Source: Planctomycetota bacterium (GTDB lineage: Bacteria > Planctomycetota > UBA1135 > UBA2386). From it: 64,000 bases of DNA. How positions within the stretch are numbered: position 1 is the first letter of the stretch; the number at the start of each line of letters is the position of its first letter. A model generated the notes under the pieces. That model had not been told where the DNA came from, did not search any database, and was given only the letters and a program-made list of their open reading frames with translations. Location: assembly GCA_965223545.1 (NCBI GenBank), contig OZ245006.1, forward strand, positions 1,088,001 through 1,152,000. Direction: 5' to 3'. Positions 47,529 through 58,415 of the stretch are shown piece by piece. The position numbers were made by a program, and so were the translations under genes.

Positions 47529-48487
47529 GCGGCGTCGCCCGCGCCGGTGCGGCCCTGCTGCTGGCCTCGGCCATCGCCGCCTTCGTGTGGTTCGTCGCCG
47601 GCGACGAGCAACCGAGTGGCGCCGACGCGCCGCGCTGGCACAGCGCGGCCCAATGCGCCGATTGCCATCGCGAGGTGTACGACGAGTGGCACGACTCACA
47701 CCACCAGATCGCGTTTCTCAACCCCGAGGTGCGCAAGCTCAGCGACGACTTCCGCAACAAGGAGTGCCAGGCGTGCCACCTGCCGCGGCCGGTATCGCTG
47801 ACGGGCTACGAGCAGCGCACGCTGCCGCGCATGACCGAGCCGGACGAGGGCATCAGCTGCATCACCTGCCATCTCGGCGCCGACGGCGGCATCCTCGCGC
47901 GGCACGACCGACCGGATGCGCCGTGCGCGCCGCGCGCCGATGACGCGTTCACGACCGAGCGCATGTGCGCCAGCTGCCACAACCAGCACAAGACGACGGA
48001 CCAGTGGCGCGCAAGCGGCTACGCGTTCGACGGCGTCGGCTGCAACGACTGCCACATGCCCGAGCGCACGCGAATCAGCGGACGCATCGGCCGCTTCCAC
48101 GGTTATCCGGGCGCGCACGACGTCGACATGCTGCGGGCGGCGGCGACGTTCACCGTCGAGAAGGGCGAGGGCGAGCTGCGCGTCGCGGTGACCAACAGCG
48201 GCGCGGGACACAACTTTCCCACCGAGGAACGGCACCGGGCGGTCGACGTGGTCGTGCGTTTCGACGACGGCGAGTGGAACCAGGTGTACCGCCTCCGCCA
48301 GCCCTACCGCGACGAGGTCGGCGAGGACACCCAGCTGCCGGCCGGCGAGACGGTGACCATCCCAGTGCCGATCCCGCCGGGCAGCGAACGCGCCACGGCG
48401 CGGCTCTGGTACCGGCTGACGCCGTACATCGGCGATGACGACCCGCGCAGCACGCTGCTGTTCGAACGCGAGGTGACGCTGCGGTGA
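47525..48487 (+). CDS. Multiheme (5 x CxxCH) c-type cytochrome
   Basis: CADCH, CQACH, CITCH, CASCH, CNDCH(MP), an N-terminal hydrophobic anchor and NSGAGHNFPT. Confidence 0.9.
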   Translation: MSGVARAGAALLLASAIAAFVWFVAGDEQPSGADAPRWHSAAQCADCHREVYDEWHDSHHQIAFLNPEVRKLSDDFRNKECQACHLPRPVSLTGYEQRTLPRMTEPDEGISCITCHLGADGGILARHDRPDAPCAPRADDAFTTERMCASCHNQHKTTDQWRASGYAFDGVGCNDCHMPERTRISGRIGRFHGYPGAHDVDMLRAAATFTVEKGEGELRVAVTNSGAGHNFPTEERHRAVDVVVRFDDGEWNQVYRLRQPYRDEVGEDTQLPAGETVTIPVPIPPGSERATARLWYRLTPYIGDDDPRSTLLFEREVTLR

Positions 48488-49734
48488 GTGGTCGTCCGGG
48501 CCTCCGCACCGCGACCGCAGCAATGGCGGGTCTGCTCGTCGCCGGGTGCGGCGACGAGCCACACCCCCCGCCTAGACCTCCGTTGGTATTGCAGCCGCGC
48601 GCGGACGAGCTCGAGGCCATCGCGCGGGGCGCGCCGGCGGAGGCCGCGGCCGAAGGCGACCGCGAGCTGCACGACCTGGTCGACGCGGCGTTCCTGCCGG
48701 GGGTTGCCACGCCGCGGCTGGCGGCCAGCGCGAAGCGCACTCTGCTGGAGCACTCCAGCGCCGCGCGCGCGCTCGAAGGCGCGCTCGGACACGACGACGC
48801 GACCGTGCGCAGCCATGCCGCCTACGAGCTCGGCCTGCGCGGCGCGCAGTCGGCGCAGCTGCCGTTGTTGCACCGGCTGCGCTACGAGACCGACGATGGG
48901 GTGCGCATCTGGCTCGCCAGCGCGCTGGCCCAGCTGGGCAACGACGCCGCGCTGCCGGTGCTGATCGAGGCGATGGACGACGGCCAGCTGGCACCGGTCG
49001 CGGGCGCGCGCGCCATCGAGCGGTGTCGGGCCGCCGGCGTGCCGCTCGCCGACGAGCCCACCTACGCCAGCCTGCGCGCGGAGTTGGCGCGCCTCCACCG
49101 GCACTGGGTCGAGCACGGCCACCCCGGCACCGATCCAGCGGTCTTGCAAGAGGACACCGCGGGCCGCATCGCGCAGCGACTGCTCGGCCTGCGCGCGTTC
49201 CAGCTGCGGGGGGTCGACGAAGCGCGCTACGTGTTGGCGCGACTCGGCACGCTGCCGCTGCCGCTGTTGCGCACGGCCCTGTCGGCCGAGGAGCGTTACC
49301 TGCGCGTCCACGCGCTGGAGATCGTCAGCACCATCGGCCACCCGGCCCGGCCACTCGCCGACGCGGTGTTGCCGCTGCTCGACGATCCACTGGCCAAGGG
49401 ACAGGCCGCACAATGCCTGGGTGCGTTGGGCGCGACGCGCGCGATCCCGCATCTGCGCGCGCTGCTCGAGACCCCCGACGTCGAGCTCCGTGCCGCCGCC
49501 GCCGGCGCCCTCGGTCCGCTCGGTGACCGCGCCTCCGCCCCCGCGCTGCAGGGTCTCCTCGACGACGAACGCCAACCGATGGACGTGCGTGTCATGGCCG
49601 CCTTCAGCCTGGGCTGGTTCGAGCTCGATCGGCCGGCGCTCGGCTTCCTGCGGGATCTGGAGCAGCGCGACGGCTATCACGCGCCCACGCTGCGGGCGCT
49701 GATCGACGCGCTGGACGCGGCGAGCCGCCGCTGA
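48484..49734 (+). CDS. HEAT/PBS-lyase repeat lipoprotein
   Basis: Lipobox LVAGC. Repeats VRSHAAYELG, VRIWLASALAQLG, AAQCLGALG, LRAAAAGALGPLG, VRVMAAFSLG. Confidence 0.8.
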   Translation: MSGRPGLRTATAAMAGLLVAGCGDEPHPPPRPPLVLQPRADELEAIARGAPAEAAAEGDRELHDLVDAAFLPGVATPRLAASAKRTLLEHSSAARALEGALGHDDATVRSHAAYELGLRGAQSAQLPLLHRLRYETDDGVRIWLASALAQLGNDAALPVLIEAMDDGQLAPVAGARAIERCRAAGVPLADEPTYASLRAELARLHRHWVEHGHPGTDPAVLQEDTAGRIAQRLLGLRAFQLRGVDEARYVLARLGTLPLPLLRTALSAEERYLRVHALEIVSTIGHPARPLADAVLPLLDDPLAKGQAAQCLGALGATRAIPHLRALLETPDVELRAAAAGALGPLGDRASAPALQGLLDDERQPMDVRVMAAFSLGWFELDRPALGFLRDLEQRDGYHAPTLRALIDALDAASRR

Positions 49735-49803
49735 CCCCCACCGCGACGTTGCAGTCGCTCGACCACTGCGCAGCGCTACGCGCAGTTGCTAAGCTATCCC
49801 GAC

Positions 49804-50940
49804 GTGAAGTCAAGCAAGGGTTACGCCCTGGTGACGTCGGCCGTCCTCGGTGCCTTTGCCATCGGCGCGCTGCTACAGCGGCTGGGGGGCTGGCCGTTTC
49901 CCGGTCATGCCGGGCCTCGGCTCGAGTTCTTGGGCACGCTCGCCGATCCAACGCGCACGGCACGCGGCCGGTTCTTCGTGCCGAAGGTGGCCCGCGGCAA
50001 GAAGGACCTGCTGCGGTGGCATCCCGTCGCCGGCCACGTCTACGTGCCGCACGCGCGGCTCGAGTGGGACTGGCCGGAGTACGAGCGTGGCACGATGCAC
50101 CGCCGGATCAACAACCTGGGATTCTGCCGCGACACGGCGGTCACCCTCGACCGTCCGGCCGACACCTATCGCGTCTTGGTGACCGGCGACTCGCACGTCG
50201 CGGGCTTCGTCGACAACGATCACAACTTCTGCCACTTGCTCGAGCAGAAGCTGACCGCCGCGACCGGCCGCCGCTACGAAGTCCTCAACGCCGGAGTCAT
50301 CGCCAGCGGCCCACACAACTACGCGGGTCAGATCGAGCGTCACTACGACATGGAGCTGGACTGCGTGTTGGTCGTCGTCTACGGCGGCAACGATTTTCTC
50401 AACGCCTGCTCGACCGCGGCCGTGCGCGGCACGTTGACCTATCCGGAGCGCAGCCCGGAAGAGCTCGACGCGATCGAGCGCGCGACTGACTACACGCCGG
50501 TGCAGCAGGGCGCGAACCAGGCGTTCCTGTTCGGGCGCTATCCGGACCTGCGCGACCGCGTCGAGGCCGAGGTCCGCGACCAGATCCGCTGGATCCGCAC
50601 CCTAACCCATCGCTCGAATCTCGAGCTGGTGATCGCCCTGCTGCCGACCAAGGACGAGGTCGAATGGCCACGGATGACCGAGGATGCGCTCCGCGCTGCC
50701 TACGCAGTGACCGTCGATCCCCTGGGAATGCGCGCGGACGAGCTGCGCGTCAACCGCGAAATGACCGTGCGGCTGCGCGACTGGCTCGCAGAAGCCGACT
50801 TCCGCGCCATCGACCTGCACGACCCACTGACCCGCGCCGGCGGCAAGCTGTTCTGGGACACGGACTATCACCTCGCCACCGCCGGCCACCGCGCCGTGGC
50901 CGAGGCGCTGGTCGAGCCGATCCTCGACGTCAGTCGTTGA
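49804..50940 (+). CDS. SGNH/GDSL hydrolase family protein (AlgX/AlgJ-like)
   Basis: NNLGF, RVLVTGDSH, EVLNAG, GGND, DYH..AGH. N-terminal TM helix. Start is uncertain (49786 or 49804). Confidence 0.78.
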   Translation: MKSSKGYALVTSAVLGAFAIGALLQRLGGWPFPGHAGPRLEFLGTLADPTRTARGRFFVPKVARGKKDLLRWHPVAGHVYVPHARLEWDWPEYERGTMHRRINNLGFCRDTAVTLDRPADTYRVLVTGDSHVAGFVDNDHNFCHLLEQKLTAATGRRYEVLNAGVIASGPHNYAGQIERHYDMELDCVLVVVYGGNDFLNACSTAAVRGTLTYPERSPEELDAIERATDYTPVQQGANQAFLFGRYPDLRDRVEAEVRDQIRWIRTLTHRSNLELVIALLPTKDEVEWPRMTEDALRAAYAVTVDPLGMRADELRVNREMTVRLRDWLAEADFRAIDLHDPLTRAGGKLFWDTDYHLATAGHRAVAEALVEPILDVSR

Positions 50941-50970
50941 CCGGCTTCTTGGCGGGCGTCGCGGCCACCG

Positions 50971-51933
50971 TCACTTCTGCCCGCGCGCGCGCAGCCGCGC
51001 GCGGCTCTCGCGCGTGTGCTGATACACGCCGCGCGCATCGGTCGCGACCAGCACCCCCTGACGCAGCCAAGTCGCGATGGTGCCCGCCGGAACTCCGCGC
51101 TCGAGAAGCTGCGCGCGCGTGATCCGCGCCGCCGCACGCCGCGCGCCGCGCTTCGCCGCGGACTTCCGGCGTCCCTTGCCCGCACGACGGCCGGCGGCTG
51201 GCGCCTGCTCCAGCGCGCCGTCCCAGTCGATGGTGATGCCGAAGACGGCTTCGAGGTCCGCATCGAGATTGGGATCGCGCGCTTTGCCGGACTCCGGCGC
51301 TGCTGGCGCCGCGTGGGCGATCAGCTCGGCCGGAGACACGCCGCGCAGCGTGAACAACAGCTCGGGCTGCTCGTCGAGGCGCGCACCGACGCCGTACAGC
51401 ACGGCTGCCAGGTGCTTGCACAGATGCGCCCAATCGGGACACGTGCAGGTCATTTCGACGTGGGCCAAGTCGGGCAGCAAGCCGGCCCGCGGCTCGACCA
51501 TCGCCTTCATCACCTCATCGGCGAGCCGCCCCTCGAGCAGCTCGACCAACGAGCGGACTCCGCCCGCGCATCGACTGACGATGTCGCGCCAGCGCCGCGC
51601 CGGACACGGCGCGATCTCGATCGCCTGGGAGTAGAGCGTCGAGCCCATGACCGAGGCCTTGATCGCGCCGACCTCGATCGACAGGTCGATCACCGACCCG
51701 TTGCGCACGTAGGTGCGCCCGCGCGGCAGGCGGTTGGCGAAGTCGTGGAACGACTCGATGTGCCGGCACCAGGTCTTGCCCCAAAAGGAGTACGCGATCT
51801 TCTTGCCGACGCTCACCGGGGACAGCGGCCGCCCCAGCTGCTTGGCATAGTAGGCCTCGCGGGCCGAGGCCCAGCGCCGCTGCTCGACCGGTACGTAGCG
51901 ACCGAACTTCCGACCTCCGCGGCGGCTAGCCAT
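50971..51933 (-). CDS. SWIM zinc finger protein
   Basis: CTCPDWAHLCKH motif; RLPRGRTYVRNGSV; LLFTLRGV. Confidence 0.88.
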   Translation of the reverse strand: MASRRGGRKFGRYVPVEQRRWASAREAYYAKQLGRPLSPVSVGKKIAYSFWGKTWCRHIESFHDFANRLPRGRTYVRNGSVIDLSIEVGAIKASVMGSTLYSQAIEIAPCPARRWRDIVSRCAGGVRSLVELLEGRLADEVMKAMVEPRAGLLPDLAHVEMTCTCPDWAHLCKHLAAVLYGVGARLDEQPELLFTLRGVSPAELIAHAAPAAPESGKARDPNLDADLEAVFGITIDWDGALEQAPAAGRRAGKGRRKSAAKRGARRAAARITRAQLLERGVPAGTIATWLRQGVLVATDARGVYQHTRESRARLRARGQK

Positions 51934-54643
51934 CGCCGAGGCTCGCCTTGCGGTGATCGAGGGCCAGCAGCGCGAGCAGCTCGTCGCTGTCGAGCTCGGT
52001 CAGCGCCTGCTCGGCGCCGCCGCTGACCAGGACCTCGCGCGCCAACGCCTGCTTGCCGTGGATCATCGCATCGATCCGCTCTTCGATGGTCCCGCGGCAA
52101 ACCATCTTGTGGACGACGACCGGTTGCCGTTGGCCGATGCGAAAGGCGCGGTCGGTGGCCTGATCCTCGACTGCCGGGTTCCACCACCGATCGAAGTGCA
52201 CGACGTGCGCAGCCTGCGTCAGATTGAGACCGGTGCCGCCTGCACGCAGTGACAACACGAAGAACGGCGGCCCCTCGTCGCGCTGGAAGTCCTCCACCAG
52301 CGCGCGCCGCGCGGCGACTCGCGTGCTTCCGTCCAGCGTCAGACCGGGCCGCCCGAAGACCTCTTCGAGATGCCGCGCGAGGGGCGCGACCATCTGGCGG
52401 AACTGGGTGAACACCAAGACCTTCTCCTGGCGCGCGGCGAGCACGCCGGCAATCTCACGCAACCGCGTGAGCTTGCCCGAGTGGCGCGCGTCGTACTGCT
52501 CCTCTTTCAGCCACTGCGAAGGGTGATTGCAGATCTGCTTGAGAGCCAGCAGGGTCGCGAGCACCAACCCCCGACGCGCGATGCCGTCCGCCTCCGTCAG
52601 CTTGCGCTCGAGATCCTTTACCGCGGCCGCATAGAGCGAGGTCTGCCGGCCGCTCAGCCCACAGTGCACCGACATCTCGGTCTTCTCGGGCAGATCGTCG
52701 ATCACCGACCGGTCGGTCTTCATCCGGCGCAAGACATACGGGGCGATCAAGCGGCGCAGCGGCGCATAGCCGAGCCCGGGACTCGCGTCGAGTCGCCGGA
52801 TCCAGTCGGCGAACTGCTTGGCCGAGCCGAGCAGGCCGGGGCACAGGAAATCGAACAGCGACCACAGATCGGCGAGGTGGTTCTCGATCGGCGTGCCCGT
52901 CAACGCGACCCGGCTGCGGCAACGGACGGCCTTGACCGCGCGCGCGCGCTTGGTGCGCGCGTTCTTGATCGCCTGCGCTTCGTCGACGACGACCAGACCG
53001 TACTCGTGCTCGGCCAGCCCGGCGTGGCGCGCAACCGTCTCGTAGGTCGTGATCCTGACGTCGGCTCGCGGCGGCGCCGCCACCGCGTCCCGCAGCTCAG
53101 CGGGGCCAAGCTCGCTGCCGTGCAGGACCTCGACGCGCAGCTTCGGCGCGAAGCGTTCGAGCTCGCTGCTCCAGTTCGCGATCAGCGACGCCGGCACCAC
53201 CAGCAGGTGCGGGCCGCGCTCGCCCTGCGCCCGCAGCGCGAGGATCGCGGCGATGACTTGCACCGTCTTGCCGAGCCCCATGTCGTCGGCCAGACACGCC
53301 CCCAACCCGAGCCGGCTCAACAGAATGACCCAGCGCACGCCATCGCGCTGGTAGGGGCGGAGCTCGCCGGCCAAGCCGGCGATCGGTGCCTCGTCGGCGA
53401 CGGGCGCGCGCAGCTGCCCGAGCAACTCCGCCAACCACGGACCGGCCTCCACCGCCGACCACTCGGCATCGTCGTCGCCGACCGCGGCGGAGTCCTCGGC
53501 CACGCCCCCGACGCCGGCGAGCAGACGCATCCCCTCGCTGAACGACAGCTTGCCGTCCGCGGCCTCGTCGACGATGCGCTCCAGCTGATCGATGGCCTGG
53601 TTGAGCTTCTCGGGATCCACCTCCACCCAGCGCCCGCGCACCAGCCGCAGACCGGCTGGCCCCGAGAGAAGCTCGCCGATCTCGTCGGGGTCGAGCACTT
53701 CTCCGCCGAGCTGCAGGTCGATGCCGAAATCGAGCATCGCGTCGAGGCCGATGCCCGAGCACCGCTCGACGCCCAGCGTCAGCCGCGCCTGCGGCCGCGC
53801 ACGCCGGCCGCGCCACCAGTCGGGGACGCGGACGATCACGCCGCTCGCCTCGCAATCCGGCACCGCGTTGAGGAACTCCCAGGCCTGCGCGGCGGTCCAC
53901 GCCACCGGGCGGTAGATCTCGTCCGTCTGCACGAGCCGGTCGATGACCGCGCTGCGCCGCGCCGCGGCGTCGACGGGTCGCAGCATGTGGAGCAGGGCGT
54001 CTCGATCACCCTTCGCGCGATGCACGGCACGGCCGAGCGGCACGTGCACGAGCGCACCGCGGCGGTCGACGCCGCCGACGTAGGTGGCGAGGAACGCGAA
54101 CGGCCACAGGGGATTCGACTTCTGCTCCGCCAGGTGGAACACGACCCGACCCGCACCGTGCCATGCGCGGTTTTGGCGCTGCAGGAACTCGTGCACGGTC
54201 TCCCCGGTTTCGCCCAACGCCGCGCGCACGTAACCGTGCAAAGCCCGCCAGCTGTCCGCCAGGCCGTCGGCGGTCAGGTACTCGGCGCCGCGCATGGGCG
54301 GTGCACGCTCGACCAACCCGGCCAACGCGCCAGCTGGCGGCGGCAGCTCCTCCTCGAGCTCTGTGCGCCGCGCGAGGCACAGGACGTACTCGGTACTCAG
54401 CTGGCGGCCGAACGCCAGCGTCGCCGGCAGCTCGGTCTTCAGCTCGCGGCCGGCGAGGTGCAGCAACCCCGCCCCGAGGCCCTCGTCGAACGCCTTGCGG
54501 ATTCGACCCGCCGCGGCCGCCGACAAGGAGCCAGGAGCCGCCGCGCTCTCGAGGCGCAGCGCCCCCGCCGGCGTAACCACGAGCTCGACCCCGGCGCGCG
54601 CGCCGGTGCCGGTCGCGGGGCGAGATCGACTCGTGGCGGGCAT
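51926..54643 (-). CDS. SNF2-family (DEAD/DEAH) helicase
   Basis: LRPYQ, LADDMGLGKT, DEAQAIKN, TGTPIEN, KQICNHP, SLRAGGTGLNL, WWNPAVEDQATDRAFRIGQ. Confidence 0.93.
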   Translation of the reverse strand: MPATSRSRPATGTGARAGVELVVTPAGALRLESAAAPGSLSAAAAGRIRKAFDEGLGAGLLHLAGRELKTELPATLAFGRQLSTEYVLCLARRTELEEELPPPAGALAGLVERAPPMRGAEYLTADGLADSWRALHGYVRAALGETGETVHEFLQRQNRAWHGAGRVVFHLAEQKSNPLWPFAFLATYVGGVDRRGALVHVPLGRAVHRAKGDRDALLHMLRPVDAAARRSAVIDRLVQTDEIYRPVAWTAAQAWEFLNAVPDCEASGVIVRVPDWWRGRRARPQARLTLGVERCSGIGLDAMLDFGIDLQLGGEVLDPDEIGELLSGPAGLRLVRGRWVEVDPEKLNQAIDQLERIVDEAADGKLSFSEGMRLLAGVGGVAEDSAAVGDDDAEWSAVEAGPWLAELLGQLRAPVADEAPIAGLAGELRPYQRDGVRWVILLSRLGLGACLADDMGLGKTVQVIAAILALRAQGERGPHLLVVPASLIANWSSELERFAPKLRVEVLHGSELGPAELRDAVAAPPRADVRITTYETVARHAGLAEHEYGLVVVDEAQAIKNARTKRARAVKAVRCRSRVALTGTPIENHLADLWSLFDFLCPGLLGSAKQFADWIRRLDASPGLGYAPLRRLIAPYVLRRMKTDRSVIDDLPEKTEMSVHCGLSGRQTSLYAAAVKDLERKLTEADGIARRGLVLATLLALKQICNHPSQWLKEEQYDARHSGKLTRLREIAGVLAARQEKVLVFTQFRQMVAPLARHLEEVFGRPGLTLDGSTRVAARRALVEDFQRDEGPPFFVLSLRAGGTGLNLTQAAHVVHFDRWWNPAVEDQATDRAFRIGQRQPVVVHKMVCRGTIEERIDAMIHGKQALAREVLVSGGAEQALTELDSDELLALLALDHRKASLGDG

Positions 54644-54750
54644 GCGGATCGCCAGCGTGCCGTCACCGCCTGCCGCGCGCAACAGCACCACGCACGGGGA
54701 GGCACCCTGCCGACCGCGTTATTCTCATCACGGTGAACCACCCGAGTTTC

Positions 54751-54837
54751 CGAGGTTCGAATGAAGGGCTTGCATGCCCTGATCGTCAGGGGATGACTGC
54801 GCGAGGGACCACTCCCGGCCTTCTCATTCCAACTTCG
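54751..54837. other. Intergenic structured element (imperfect ~19-bp inverted repeat enclosing two hairpins)
   Basis: cgaggttcgaatgaagg pairs imperfectly with ccttctcattccaacttcg. Inner hairpins ccctgatcgtcagggg and gggaccactccc. Confidence 0.4.
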
Positions 54838-54849
54838 TGGTGCCCCCCC

Positions 54850-57546
54850 TCAGTGGCCCGGCCCCAACAGCACGGCGTTGCCGAACAACACTCGCAGCCC
54901 CCCCTGCATGCCGCGAAAGTTGGGGTCGTCGGCGAACGCGATGACGTGGCCGCGGCCGTGCGGCTGGTGGACCAAGAACGCTTTCTGCGCCAGCTGCCGC
55001 GCGGTGTCGTCCCACGCCAAGCCGGAGACCACCAGCTCGTCTTTGGGGGCGTAGACCGCGACGTTGCGCCCCTGGTCGAGCTTGACCGGCGTGTAGATGT
55101 TGCGCGTGGTCACGATGGCCTGCGCCTCGCCGGAGTAGCCGGCGGCGAGCCAGTGCTCGTCGTCGAGGTGCAGGCGGACGATCGCGCCGGGAATGCGGTC
55201 CGGTGGCTCGGAGTCAGGCAAGACCGCCTTCTCGTAGTCGAAGGGCTGCGCGGCGGGCGCACCGCCCTCGGCGGGAGAGGCTTGCTCGGCACCGTCGCCC
55301 GTGTTGCGGGGCGCCGCCTTCTCGCCGGCGGCCGTCGGCTGGCGCTGCTCCTGCTTGGTGGCCAGCAGGGCCACCTTCTCCCCCGTCAACCAACGCGTCG
55401 CCTCACCCAACGCGACCAGCGTGCCGCCCGCCCGCACCCAGGCGCGCAGGCGGTCCGCCGCGCCGTCGAGCACGCCGCCATAGCCACCGCCGCTGGGGAT
55501 GACTAGCACGTCGTAGCGGTCGAGCTCGGCGCGGCTCAACCGGCGCGCGCGCAGCAGCGTCACCGGCTGCCCGATCTGCCGCTCGAGCGCGAATCGGCAC
55601 CACCCCGCCGAGTAGGAGCTGGTCGGGGAATCCCACAGCAGCGCGACGCGCGCCGCCGGCAGGTAGCGGACGTGGTTGCTGCCGAAGCCAACGCCATCCT
55701 CCACCCACGACGAATCGACGGCGACGAACTCGGCCGCCGAGTCCGCCGCCGCCTCGACCACCAGCTCGTGCAGGTCGTCCGGGTTGTGGGCAACCTTGAC
55801 CAGCAGGGTTCCCGCCGGATAGCGACGCCCGTCATGCGTGAACGGACGGTCGGTGCCGTGCACCCGCACTCCGGCACGCCAGAGCGCGGCGAGCGCACGC
55901 AGCGCCGCGTGGCTTCCCCACGGTACCAAGTAGGCCAGCTTGGCGACCGCCGGCGGCGGCGCCGACAGCGCGGGCGCATCCTCCTGCCGCCGCAAGTCGG
56001 CTGGCAGGACCTCGTGGGTCGTCCACGCCTCGACGCCCCACAGCAGCGGCAGCGACCAAGCGGTGACGTCGTAGATGTCGGTCGAGCGGCGCTGCCGCCG
56101 GCGCTGCTCGGCGCGCTCGACGAACGCCGCGTCCATCGGGGTGTGCCGCGACAAGAGCGCGTCGACGAGTCGGCGCGCCGGCTGTGCGCGGCGCACGACC
56201 CAGGTTCCCGCCGGCATCACCCGCGCCTGCGCCTCGTCGCGATCGATGCGTTTGACCGCCGCCAGCCGCAACGCAGCCGGCGCCGAGTGCACTTCCACTC
56301 CTTGCTGCATCAGCGATCGCACCAACTCGATCGTACGGCCGGGGTCGCGGCCGGGTGGCAACAGGTACGCCGACGGCCCGTCCGCCGGTGGCTGCGCGGC
56401 GCTCTGGCGGAACGCGAGGAAGCTGCGCAGCAGCCCCTGCCGCTCGCGCGCCGCGGTCTCGATGGTCGCCAGCGAAGCCACGAAGTGACGCCGCACGCTG
56501 TCGGCATAGGTCAGCGTGGTCTCGTCGTTGCGCCGCAACAGCAGGCCGCGCACCGAGGCCTGCTCGTAGGTCATGCCGATGCTGCCGTGGAACATCGGCC
56601 AGCCCTCGCCATAGCCGGGGTAGAACGCGTCGAACACCTCGCGGGTGAAGTAGTCGAACCGCATGGCGTCGAACCACCGCCCGTTGTTGCGGCCGAAGAC
56701 CTCGAGCCAGCGCCGCTGGTCCGCGGTGATCTCGGGGTTGATCGGGTCGGCCGGCGGCGGGAAGTAGTAGCTCGAGTCCCCTCCCATTTCGTGCAGGTCG
56801 ACGTAGACCAGCGGAAACCAGCGCAGGAACGCGCGCACGCGCGCCGCGGTCTCGGGTTGGGTCAACCCGATCCAGTCCCGGTTCATGTCGAACAGGTAGT
56901 GGTTGGTGCGCCCACCGGGCCACGGCTCGTCGTGCTCGGCCGCCTGCCCATCGGCGTCCGGCCACCGGCCCACCGTCTGGCGGAAGTGATGCACGAAGCG
57001 CTCCCGGCCATCCGGATTCTCGAGCGGGTCGATGATCACCAGCGCTTCGCGACGGGCCAGGTCCGCCACTTCTTCGTCCTGCGCCGCCGCCAGGTGATAG
57101 GCGGTCAACAGCGCCGCGTCGGTGCCGGAAATCTCGTTGCCGTGTACCGCGTAGGCAAGCCAGGTCACCGCCGGCAGAGTCTCGACGAGCGAGGCGGCCC
57201 GCTCGGCGGCGAGACCGCGCGGGTCAGCCAGCGCCTGCATGCCGGCACGCACCTCGGCCGCGTTCGCCAGTCGGTCCGGCGACCCGATGACGAGATAGTG
57301 CAGCGGCCGCCCCTGCCAACTCTCTCCGTAGCGATGAAACGCGACCCGCGGCGACGCTTCGGCGAGCGCGCGCGCATACGCGGTGGCCTCGTCGGGCGTG
57401 GTGATGCGCGTGCCGAAGTCGTGGCCGACGACATCGCGCAGCCTCGGCACCGCCGGGTCGTACGCCGCTCCGGGAAGCGGTTCGAACTCCTGACCAAAGA
57501 CGGCGCCTGCCAACAGCAGCGGCGCCACACGACCGAGCCCACGCAT
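54850..57546 (-). CDS. Secreted M14 zinc carboxypeptidase with C-terminal glutamine-amidotransferase-like domain
   Basis: [34 protein letters not shown]-terminal [16 protein letters not shown]. Confidence 0.9.
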   Translation of the reverse strand: MRGLGRVAPLLLAGAVFGQEFEPLPGAAYDPAVPRLRDVVGHDFGTRITTPDEATAYARALAEASPRVAFHRYGESWQGRPLHYLVIGSPDRLANAAEVRAGMQALADPRGLAAERAASLVETLPAVTWLAYAVHGNEISGTDAALLTAYHLAAAQDEEVADLARREALVIIDPLENPDGRERFVHHFRQTVGRWPDADGQAAEHDEPWPGGRTNHYLFDMNRDWIGLTQPETAARVRAFLRWFPLVYVDLHEMGGDSSYYFPPPADPINPEITADQRRWLEVFGRNNGRWFDAMRFDYFTREVFDAFYPGYGEGWPMFHGSIGMTYEQASVRGLLLRRNDETTLTYADSVRRHFVASLATIETAARERQGLLRSFLAFRQSAAQPPADGPSAYLLPPGRDPGRTIELVRSLMQQGVEVHSAPAALRLAAVKRIDRDEAQARVMPAGTWVVRRAQPARRLVDALLSRHTPMDAAFVERAEQRRRQRRSTDIYDVTAWSLPLLWGVEAWTTHEVLPADLRRQEDAPALSAPPPAVAKLAYLVPWGSHAALRALAALWRAGVRVHGTDRPFTHDGRRYPAGTLLVKVAHNPDDLHELVVEAAADSAAEFVAVDSSWVEDGVGFGSNHVRYLPAARVALLWDSPTSSYSAGWCRFALERQIGQPVTLLRARRLSRAELDRYDVLVIPSGGGYGGVLDGAADRLRAWVRAGGTLVALGEATRWLTGEKVALLATKQEQRQPTAAGEKAAPRNTGDGAEQASPAEGGAPAAQPFDYEKAVLPDSEPPDRIPGAIVRLHLDDEHWLAAGYSGEAQAIVTTRNIYTPVKLDQGRNVAVYAPKDELVVSGLAWDDTARQLAQKAFLVHQPHGRGHVIAFADDPNFRGMQGGLRVLFGNAVLLGPGH

Positions 57547-57599
57547 CGCGCCAGGCTACGGCGCAGCCGGGGCCGGGCCAAGCCGGGGGCCGCGAACGG

Positions 57600-58247
57600 T
57601 CAGCTCGGCAGCGACTGCAAGAACGCGTCGGCCTCGTCGATCGAGCGCTGCATTTCCTGGATCAGCTGCCCGACGTTGGACTCGATCTGCACGACCTGGT
57701 CCTGCAGCGAGCTGATCGCCTGGGCATTGAGGTTGTGCTTGAGGAACAAGACCTGGTCGTTGAACGCGGTCAGCACCGGAGCCATACGGGTCTCGGCCGC
57801 CCGCATCGCGCCGATCAACTGGTCGTAGCGCCGCTGCGTATCGGCGCGCAGCGCCTCGCTCTTGCGCTTCATCTCCGGCGAGCTGAACTGCTCGATCTCC
57901 TCGCCCCACTCCGAAAACATGTCACCCGCCACCGCCTCGATGCTGGCGATCCGTTGGGTGACGTCGTCCGCCGAATTCTTCGACCGGGTGTACTCCTTCG
58001 ACAGCGTCGTGTAGCGGCTCTCGAGCTCGCCACCCTCGAAGCCGGTGAGCGCCTTGAAGGCCTCGAACGTGGTCTGAAACTGCTCCTTGGCCTCGGTCTG
58101 GCTCTCGCGCGCATCCTCGACGCGGTCGACCAGAAGGTCGCGCTTGGCGAAGCCGAACGCCTCCATGGTGGAGTAATAGACGCTGTCGCAACCCGCCACG
58201 ACACAGGCGAGCAACGGCACGACGCAGCGAAGCGTGGACGTGTTCAT
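57600..58247 (-). CDS. DUF2959 family lipoprotein
   Basis: Lipobox [43 protein letters not shown]. Confidence 0.88.
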   Translation of the reverse strand: MNTSTLRCVVPLLACVVAGCDSVYYSTMEAFGFAKRDLLVDRVEDARESQTEAKEQFQTTFEAFKALTGFEGGELESRYTTLSKEYTRSKNSADDVTQRIASIEAVAGDMFSEWGEEIEQFSSPEMKRKSEALRADTQRRYDQLIGAMRAAETRMAPVLTAFNDQVLFLKHNLNAQAISSLQDQVVQIESNVGQLIQEMQRSIDEADAFLQSLPS

Positions 58248-58415
58248 GGCAGCAAAGAATGCCGATGGCGCGCGACGCGAACAAGCGCGCGCTCCGGTCT
58301 CCGGAAACCCCGGAGCGCCAATCCCGGAGAATTCCGGAAGGCCTTGCCCGCCGGCGTGCGCGATCCTGGACGGGTTGCAGTCCTTAGAGCGCGCGCCCAG
58401 CGCGCCGGAGCCCTC

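Noticed and set aside
58288..58340. Clustered ccgga palindromes between DUF2959 and aqpZ
   Set aside because: Short GC-rich palindromes are common here, and no function can be assigned.
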